Source: Elusimicrobiota bacterium
GTDB lineage: Bacteria; Elusimicrobiota; Elusimicrobia; Elusimicrobiales; UBA9959
Reading direction: 5' to 3'
Assembly (NCBI GenBank): GCA_036574205.1
Contig: JAINCQ010000018.1
Span: 102,710-166,709 of the forward strand
Length of the DNA stretch: 64,000 nucleotides
Every line of letters begins with the position of its first letter. Within the stretch, counting starts at the first letter, position 1. Both the position numbers and the translations under genes were made by a program. Below the pieces are notes generated by a model. The model was given only the letters and a program-made list of their open reading frames with translations, was not told the DNA's origin and did no database searches. Of this stretch, positions 57,179-64,000 are shown one piece after another.

Positions 57179-57972
57179 TATTGCCTCGAATTATAACTGC
57201 GGCAGTTGGAATACCTGTGGTTTTGACTGTTATGTATATTGGAGGAGTTCCTTTTTTTATTTTTTCCCTTTTTATTATCATTATGTCGTTATATGAGTAT
57301 AACATTATGATGAAAATATCTATGAAAGCAGTTGATACTTTATCTCTTTTTCTTTGTGGAGTTCTTTTTCCATTTGCGTTTTACTTTAACGGAGCAGAAA
57401 ATAATTCCCTTGATTTTTTCCCCCTTTTGGTTTCATTTGCCGTAATACTGCCTTTCATAAACGAGATTTTAAGAAAAGAAAAATATTTTGAAAGACCGGC
57501 ATATACTATTGTCGGGATTTTTCTTATATCATTTAACCTTTCATATCTTATCTTAATAAGAGATTTAAAACCATATGGATCAAAGATATTATTTATTACA
57601 GTGTTTTGCGTATGGTTGACAGACACAGCGGCTTATTTTATAGGTTCTAAATTCGGTAAAAATAAACTTAATTCGGTAAGTCCTAAAAAAACTATTGAAG
57701 GTTTTATCGCATCGATAATCTTTTCTGTTGCATTTATGTTTTTGATGGCAAAAGTTTCCCCAATTTTTGGGATAAAACAATTTGTTTTATTTGGACTTCT
57801 TATCTCTTTATCAGGGCAGTTATCGGATCTTGCAGAATCGCTTATAAAAAGGGCATGCGGAGTTAAAGATTCATCCAATCTTTTGCCTGGACATGGCGGT
57901 TTTATGGACAGGTTTGACTCTTACTTTTTTGTTGCTCCTTTTGTTTATTATTTTGTTATTTTTTTAAGGTAA
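57175..57972 (+). CDS. cdsA: Phosphatidate cytidylyltransferase
   Basis: SPKKTIEG, DLAES.IKR..GVKDS..LPGHGG..DRFD. Confidence 0.96.
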   Translation: MILPRIITAAVGIPVVLTVMYIGGVPFFIFSLFIIIMSLYEYNIMMKISMKAVDTLSLFLCGVLFPFAFYFNGAENNSLDFFPLLVSFAVILPFINEILRKEKYFERPAYTIVGIFLISFNLSYLILIRDLKPYGSKILFITVFCVWLTDTAAYFIGSKFGKNKLNSVSPKKTIEGFIASIIFSVAFMFLMAKVSPIFGIKQFVLFGLLISLSGQLSDLAESLIKRACGVKDSSNLLPGHGGFMDRFDSYFFVAPFVYYFVIFLR

Positions 57973-57973
57973 T

Positions 57974-59158
57974 ATGAAAGAGGTTGCTATATTAGGATCT
58001 ACTGGTTCTATAGGTAAAAATACCTTAGATGTTATTTCAAAAAATCCTGAAATGTTTAAGGTAAAAGCTCTTGCGGCTAATTCAAGTGTTGAAAAACTTA
58101 TAGAACAGATTTATAAGTTTAATCCTAAATATGTTTGTGTTTTTGATGAGAAAAAAAGAGATGAGTTAAAAAAAATAGTGGGTAAAAAAGTAAAAATAAC
58201 TCCTGGGGGAATAGAGGGATTGTGTGAGATGATTGAATTGTCAAAAGCAGATATAGTGGTTAGCGCCATAACAGGGGCAATTGGGTTGTTGCCTCTTTTG
58301 TGTGCTATAGAAAATTCAAAAAGAATCTGCCTTGCTAACAAAGAACCAATGGTCATTGCCGGAGATTTAATAATGAAGAAGGCGGATTATAAAAAAACTG
58401 AAATAATTCCGATAGATTCAGAACCATCAGCTATTTTTCAGTCTCTTGGTGGGTATAGTCCAGATCATATTAAAAAAATAATATTAACTGCATCTGGTGG
58501 ACCATTTTATCGCTTTAAGGGAGATATATCTTCAATTTTGCCTGAGCAGGCAATCAAACATCCAAAATGGAAGATGGGTCCTAAGATTTCAGTTGATAGC
58601 GCTACTCTTATGAATAAGGGACTTGAGGCGATAGAGATAAAGAATCTTTTTGGTGTGGATATTTCAATGATAGAAATAATTATACATCCACAATCTGTAC
58701 TCCATTCTGCGGTGGAGTTTATTGATGGTTCAATTATAGCGCAGTTTTCTAATCCTGATATGAGAATACCGATCCAGTTCTCTTTGACTTATCCTCAAAG
58801 GGTTGTTTCTTCCGTGAAAAGACTTAGCTTTTTAGATATAAACCGTCTTGAATTTTTTAAGCCTGAAACTAAGGAGTTTCCGGCATTAAAAATAGCTCTT
58901 TACTGCGGAAGAAAAGCTGGTCTTTATCCTGCGGTCTTAAACGCAGCGAATGAAAAGGCAGTTGAACTTTTTCTTAAAGGTGAGATAAGGTTTACTGATA
59001 TAGCAAATATTGTTGAAAATGTTGTGGAGATATACGATCGTTCAAAAAAGCCTTTAAGAATTGATATCTCAGAGATAATTGAGGGTGATTTATGGGCAAG
59101 AGAAAAGGCAATTGAAACAGCAAGGATGTTGAAGTCTTTTGTAAAAGGAAAGCGTTAA
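57974..59158 (+). CDS. dxr: 1-deoxy-D-xylulose-5-phosphate reductoisomerase
   Basis: ILGSTGSIG, LANKE, TASGGPF, DSATLMNKGLE. Confidence 0.97.
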   Translation: MKEVAILGSTGSIGKNTLDVISKNPEMFKVKALAANSSVEKLIEQIYKFNPKYVCVFDEKKRDELKKIVGKKVKITPGGIEGLCEMIELSKADIVVSAITGAIGLLPLLCAIENSKRICLANKEPMVIAGDLIMKKADYKKTEIIPIDSEPSAIFQSLGGYSPDHIKKIILTASGGPFYRFKGDISSILPEQAIKHPKWKMGPKISVDSATLMNKGLEAIEIKNLFGVDISMIEIIIHPQSVLHSAVEFIDGSIIAQFSNPDMRIPIQFSLTYPQRVVSSVKRLSFLDINRLEFFKPETKEFPALKIALYCGRKAGLYPAVLNAANEKAVELFLKGEIRFTDIANIVENVVEIYDRSKKPLRIDISEIIEGDLWAREKAIETARMLKSFVKGKR

Positions 59159-59196
59159 GTTTTTTGTTCTTTTTATAAAAAATATAAGGAGAAGTT

Positions 59197-60231
59197 ATGT
59201 TGTTATCTATAATAGCTGTGGTTTTTACTTTTGGAATAGTGATATTTATTCATGAGTTTGGTCATTTTATTGTGGCGAAACTCGTTGGTGTTTTTGTGGA
59301 AGAATTTTCTTTCGGATTTGGTAAGCCTTTATGGCAAAAAAAATCGGGTGATACGGTCTATTCCATAAGAGCCATACCTCTTGGAGGATATGTAAAACCT
59401 AAAGGTGAAGATATAAATGAATATAAAGGAGAAAGTGACGAATATTTTTCGAAAAAATGGTATGAAAGGATTTTTATAGTTTTAGCCGGACCTTTTATGA
59501 ATTATTTCCTGGCTTTTATAATATTTTTTGGAGTGATTTTTTTCGTTGGAAAACCTGTTCCATCTACAAGCACAATAATAGGCGAAGTTGCTCCTAATTA
59601 CCCAGCTCATCTGGCTGGACTTAAAGAAGGAGATAGAATAGATTCTATAAATTTCAAAAAAGTTTTGACATGGAAGGATATGACGGATTACATTTATCCA
59701 AATATTGAGAAGGAAATAACCATATCTTATGAGAGAGATGGAAAAATTTATACCACAACATTGAAGACCCGCAAGGATCAAACTATGAATAGAGGTATCA
59801 TAGGAATAGCTCCAAAGATAGATTATGTTCATATAGGTTTTTTTAGTTCATTATTTAATGCTTTTAAACAACTGTGGTTCTGGACAAGCTATACCATTAC
59901 AACACTTGCAAAAAATATATATCATATGGAAAAACCGGATGTGGCTGGACCTATTGGAATTGTAACTATTGTTTCAAAAGCCGCTCACTCGCAATTACCT
60001 GATTTTCTTTTTCTTGTTGGACTCATTTCAATAGCTGTTGGTTTTTTTAACTTACTTCCACTTCCACTTTTAGATGGCGGGCATTTTATCCTTTATTTTT
60101 TTGAAGGGATATTCAAAAAAAAGATAACTCCAGCCATTATGAAATATGTTAATTCAACAGGAATAGTAATACTAATATCAATACTTATTTTTGCTACCTA
60201 TAACGATATTATCAGGATTTATAAAAAATAG
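59197..60231 (+). CDS. rseP: RIP metalloprotease RseP
   Basis: HEFGH, single PDZ, NLLPLPLLDGG. Confidence 0.95.
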   Translation: MLLSIIAVVFTFGIVIFIHEFGHFIVAKLVGVFVEEFSFGFGKPLWQKKSGDTVYSIRAIPLGGYVKPKGEDINEYKGESDEYFSKKWYERIFIVLAGPFMNYFLAFIIFFGVIFFVGKPVPSTSTIIGEVAPNYPAHLAGLKEGDRIDSINFKKVLTWKDMTDYIYPNIEKEITISYERDGKIYTTTLKTRKDQTMNRGIIGIAPKIDYVHIGFFSSLFNAFKQLWFWTSYTITTLAKNIYHMEKPDVAGPIGIVTIVSKAAHSQLPDFLFLVGLISIAVGFFNLLPLPLLDGGHFILYFFEGIFKKKITPAIMKYVNSTGIVILISILIFATYNDIIRIYKK

Positions 60232-60245
60232 AAATATTTAGATTT

Positions 60246-61319
60246 ATGAAAAAAACAAAAGTTGTTAAAGTTGGAAAACTAAAAATAGGTGGTGGAAATC
60301 CTATACCAGTTCAATCTATGACAACCACCGACACAAAAGATATCATAGGAACTATATCCCAGATAAAAAAATTGACTGAGGCTGGATGCGAGATAGTAAG
60401 GGTTGCTATTTCTGATATGGATGCGGCAAAAGCAGTTGGGAAAATAAAAAAAGCTGTGGACATACCAGTTGTTGCGGATATCCATTTTGATTACAGACTT
60501 GCTGTTGAGTCTGCAAAGCAGGGCATAGATAAAATAAGAATAAATCCAGGAAATATTGGCGACAAAAACAGAATAAAAGAGGTAGTTGCCGCGGCAAAAG
60601 ACAAAAATATACCTATAAGGATAGGTGTTAATGCCGGATCGCTGAAAGCGCTTAAAAAACATAATACTGTAAAATGGAGCAATGAAAGATGGGCCGAGGA
60701 AATGGTTAGAGAAGCTATGGAGAATATTGAGATTTTAGATTCTTTGAATTTTAATAATATAATTGTTTCTTTAAAAGCTGATGATCCTCAAAGAACAATA
60801 ATGGCAAATGAATTATTTTCAAAGAAAACCGATATCCCCCTTCATCTTGGAGTTACTGAGGCAGGTACACTTATAAGAGGAGTTGTAAATTCTTCCATAA
60901 CTTTATCAAAACTCTTGATGGAGGGGATAGGAGATACCATAAGAATTTCTCTTACTGAAGATCCCCTGCTTGAGGTTAGGGTTGGATATGAAATATTAAA
61001 ATCATTAGGACTTAGAAGTTATGGTCCGGATATAATTTCCTGTCCAACATGTGGAAGATGTCAGGTTAATTTAAGCGATATTGTTCATAAGTTAGAGAAT
61101 GAGATTTATTCTAATGCTTACCTTTTAAAAAAATCAACAGGTAAAAAAATAGCTGTTATGGGTTGTGTTGTTAATGGTCCGGGAGAAGCAAAACACGCAG
61201 ATTTTGGAATTTGTGGAGGCAAGGGAAAAGGGATATGGATAGAAAAAGGAAAGCAGGTGAGGGTTATAAAAGAATCCGAATGGATTAATCAGATAATAAG
61301 AAAAATAAGAGAGGTTTAG
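60246..61319 (+). CDS. ispG: HMBPP synthase
   Basis: VQSMT, ADIHF, RINPGN, HLGVTEAG, CPTCGR, MGC.VNGPGE. Confidence 0.97.
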   Translation: MKKTKVVKVGKLKIGGGNPIPVQSMTTTDTKDIIGTISQIKKLTEAGCEIVRVAISDMDAAKAVGKIKKAVDIPVVADIHFDYRLAVESAKQGIDKIRINPGNIGDKNRIKEVVAAAKDKNIPIRIGVNAGSLKALKKHNTVKWSNERWAEEMVREAMENIEILDSLNFNNIIVSLKADDPQRTIMANELFSKKTDIPLHLGVTEAGTLIRGVVNSSITLSKLLMEGIGDTIRISLTEDPLLEVRVGYEILKSLGLRSYGPDIISCPTCGRCQVNLSDIVHKLENEIYSNAYLLKKSTGKKIAVMGCVVNGPGEAKHADFGICGGKGKGIWIEKGKQVRVIKESEWINQIIRKIREV

Positions 61320-63056
61320 ATGAGAAGAACTAATTATTTTTTAAATACTATTAGAGAAACCCCATCGGATGCTGATAACATTTCTACCAGACTTATGATA
61401 AAATCCGGTATGATAAGAAAACTTGCAAGCGGCATATATGAATGGCTTCCACTTGGATTTAGATCTCTTAAAAAGGTTGAAATGATAGTCAGGCAGGAGC
61501 TTGATAAAATAGGTGGAATCGAAGTATGGCTTCCTGTTATACAACCAAAAGAGTTGTGGCTTAAAACTGGAAGGTGGAATGTTTATGGTAAAGAGCTTTT
61601 GAGGATAAAAGATAGAAAAGAACAGGAGTATTGTTTTGCGCCTACCGCGGAAGAAGTAATAACGGATTTAGTGAGAAAAGAAATAACCTCTTACAGACAA
61701 CTTCCGATTCTTTTATATCAGTTTGGATTAAAATTCAGAGATGAAATAAGACCTCGATTTGGAGTTATGCGTTCAAGAGAATTTTATATGAAGGATGCAT
61801 ACTCCTTTCATATATCAGAAGAGGATTGTCTTAAATGGTATCAAAAGCTTTATGATTGTTATAGTTCAATATTTAAAAGATGCGGTCTTAATTTTAAACC
61901 TGTTGAAGCCGCTACTGGAGCTATAGGAGGCAATTATTCGCATGAATTTATGGTTTTAGCGGATACCGGAGAAGCTGATATAGCCTTTTGCTCCTGCGGT
62001 TATGCAGCTAATGTAGAAAAGGCAGAGATAAAGCAGTCAGAAAATTTAACTGACCCCTCTCTATTTGAGGAACTTCGCGATGTGGAAACGCCGGATCTAT
62101 ATACTGTAGAAGATGTATCAAAATTTCTTTCTGTGCCACCTGATAGATTTATAAAAACAATGTTTTATGTTGGAGATGATAATAAAGTGATTCTTGCGTT
62201 GATAAGAGGAGATCATCAGTTTAATGAGAATAAAATAATGAAAGTTTTAAATCTTTCTTTACTTGAAAAATTAACTGAGGATGAGTATTCAAAAATAATA
62301 GGTGGTAAAGTTGGATTTGCCGGACCTATTTCAATAAAAGATATAGCTCAAAAGAATGGAAAAAAGATAGATGTTATAATAGCTGATTTTCATTTGAAAG
62401 GTGTTTTAAATGGAGTTTCTGGCGCAAATAAAGATGATAAACATACGATAAACATAAATTATCCAAGAGATTATTCTGTTGATATATGGGCAGATATAAA
62501 AACTGCATCTGAAGGAGATATGTGTCCCAAATGTGGTGAAAAACTTAGATTTGCAAAAGGTATAGAAGTTGGACAGATTTTTAAATTAGGAACTAAATAT
62601 TCAAGTAAACTTGAATGCTACTATTTAGATGAAAACCAGCAAAAAAAAACTATGGAGATGGGATGTTATGGAATAGGTATTTCAAGAACAGTTGCCGCTG
62701 CAATAGAGCAGCATAATGATGAAAAGGGAATAATCTGGCCTTTAGCTATTTCTCCATTTCATATTTATATGATAACTATTGAAACAGACGATAATGAGGT
62801 TATGAAAAAATCTCAATATTTGTATGATAAACTTATTAATCTTGGTATTGAGGTTTTATGGGACGATAGGGATGAAAGACCGGGGGTTAAATTTAATGAT
62901 GCAGATCTTGTTGGTTTTCCATACAGGATTGTAGTTAGTCAGAAAACACTTCTAAATGGAGAAGTTGAGGTTAAGAAAAGGAATGAAAAACTACCTTTTA
63001 GAATTCCTATTGAAAAGATAGATGATATAGTAAAAGAAATAAAATCTATATTATGA
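61320..63056 (+). CDS. proS: Proline--tRNA ligase (bacterial type with INS domain)
   Basis: KFRDEIRPRFG, MKDAYSF, GIEVGQIFKLG, MGCYGIG. Confidence 0.97.
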   Translation: MRRTNYFLNTIRETPSDADNISTRLMIKSGMIRKLASGIYEWLPLGFRSLKKVEMIVRQELDKIGGIEVWLPVIQPKELWLKTGRWNVYGKELLRIKDRKEQEYCFAPTAEEVITDLVRKEITSYRQLPILLYQFGLKFRDEIRPRFGVMRSREFYMKDAYSFHISEEDCLKWYQKLYDCYSSIFKRCGLNFKPVEAATGAIGGNYSHEFMVLADTGEADIAFCSCGYAANVEKAEIKQSENLTDPSLFEELRDVETPDLYTVEDVSKFLSVPPDRFIKTMFYVGDDNKVILALIRGDHQFNENKIMKVLNLSLLEKLTEDEYSKIIGGKVGFAGPISIKDIAQKNGKKIDVIIADFHLKGVLNGVSGANKDDKHTININYPRDYSVDIWADIKTASEGDMCPKCGEKLRFAKGIEVGQIFKLGTKYSSKLECYYLDENQQKKTMEMGCYGIGISRTVAAAIEQHNDEKGIIWPLAISPFHIYMITIETDDNEVMKKSQYLYDKLINLGIEVLWDDRDERPGVKFNDADLVGFPYRIVVSQKTLLNGEVEVKKRNEKLPFRIPIEKIDDIVKEIKSIL

Positions 63057-63751
63057 AAATTGGAATTTTTCAATACAAAATTATTTTAAATAATAAGGAA
63101 CTGAATAAAAGTAGAATATTAAACCTTATTGAGACTTCAGATATAAGAGGGATTGATTGGCTTATATTTTCTGAGCTGACACTTTCAGGTTTTTCAGGTA
63201 ACTTTAAAAAAGCCTCATTAATAGATGCTGATAAACGTTTTTTCTCTAATCTTTCAAAAAAATATCGCATAAATATTTCATATGGTGGGATTGAAGGCAG
63301 GAAAAATAAATTTATAACATTAAACAGAAATGGAGAAGTTATCTCGCAATATTCAAGATCTATTAATTCAATAAATAAATCCATAATAAATCGTAAAGTA
63401 AATAAAAAAAGTGCCGTTTTTGAGTTAGAAGGCTTTAAGGTTTTGCCATTAATATCATCTGATCTTATTTTTCCTAATTTATTCTGGAAGAATCGCGGAG
63501 TAGTTGATATCTATACAATAATAGCCGGATGGCCATATAATAAAATAAATCAATGGATAACTCTTTTATCTGCGCGAGCAATTGAAAATTCGGCTTATGT
63601 AATTGGGGTAAATTCTATTTGTGAAACTGGTGATAAAAATGAGTCTAAGGGATATTCAGCGATTTTTTCCCCTGATGGCATAATGATTTTAGATTGTCAA
63701 TCAAGGGAAGGAATAAGTATTGCAGAGATAAATTTAATTAATAAAAATTGA
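63053..63751 (+). CDS. Carbon-nitrogen hydrolase family protein with degenerate active site
   Basis: FSEL, WP, LL.ARAIEN..YV.GVN; catalytic Lys/Cys positions appear as Arg/Ser. Confidence 0.8.
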   Translation: MKIGIFQYKIILNNKELNKSRILNLIETSDIRGIDWLIFSELTLSGFSGNFKKASLIDADKRFFSNLSKKYRINISYGGIEGRKNKFITLNRNGEVISQYSRSINSINKSIINRKVNKKSAVFELEGFKVLPLISSDLIFPNLFWKNRGVVDIYTIIAGWPYNKINQWITLLSARAIENSAYVIGVNSICETGDKNESKGYSAIFSPDGIMILDCQSREGISIAEINLINKN

Positions 63752-63798
63752 AAAATAAAATCTCGGGATGAAAAAACTATAAATTGCTTACATATATA

Positions 63799-64000
63799 GG
63801 TGGATTCAAGGAGTAAGTGCAACAAAACTGTTAAACACTTCTGCCGGTGTTTTAAAACCCAGACATTTTCTGGGTCTGTCATTTAACCAGGTTTCAACCT
63901 CTTTTAACCTTTCTTCTGATATTTTACTAAAATCCGTCTTTTTTGGGAAAAATCTCCGTATAAGTCCATTGGTGTTCTCTACAGTCCCCTTCTCCCAACT
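63799..64000 (-). mobile_element. IS30-family insertion sequence, right end (truncated by the window)
   Basis: Terminal-repeat-like GGTGGATTCAAGGAGTAAGTGCAAC overlapping the transposase stop. Confidence 0.85.
63806..64000 (-). CDS. IS30-family transposase, C-terminal 64 aa
   Basis: Manual translation SWEKGTVENTNGLIRRFFPKKTDF...LNDRPRKCLGFKTPAEVF..VAL. Confidence 0.93.
   Translation of the reverse strand, partial: SWEKGTVENTNGLIRRFFPKKTDFSKISEERLKEVETWLNDRPRKCLGFKTPAEVFNSFVALTP

Noticed and set aside
63697..63882. 61-aa minus-strand ORF
   Set aside because: Alternative frame overlapping the IS30 transposase end and the nitrilase gene

Overview
An AT-rich bacterial chromosome segment (roughly 30% GC by eye), mostly core genes from a diderm organism with meso-DAP peptidoglycan and the MEP isoprenoid pathway. 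Gene content and style suggest Elusimicrobiota, but that is an unchecked inference. In order: a partial secreted protein; tyrS-FecR-thpR-mltG; tRNA-Ala(CGC); asnS; two secreted S1 serine proteases; a crp-hisS-aspS-lipA-msrC-radical SAM operon; a TPR protein; thiSGHFE; a dcw cluster (mraZ..murG); the rpmH-rnpA-yidD-yidC-jag-mnmE-mnmG-rsmG cluster without dnaA; recO-glyQS; nadE-Omp85; rpsB-tsf-pyrH-gmhA-frr-uppS-cdsA-dxr-rseP-ispG-proS; and the 3' end of an IS30 element. No CRISPR array, prophage or defence island is visible. The most notable signals are small-scale. (1) At least 8 start codons sit 6-7 nt after a -10 hexamer with no SD, suggesting systematic leaderless translation. (2) A shared 16-bp palindrome, TAGGnCTTwAGTCCTA, with a weaker copy 24 bp away, lies upstream of both secreted proteases. 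(3) An unannotated 46-aa basic ORF is translationally coupled between rsmH and ftsL. (4) Two copies of a TGT...AC(A)-ended mini-element flank the tyrS-mltG block. (5) An A8 tract puts the TPR gene's signal peptide out of frame. (6) There are several structured intergenic elements.
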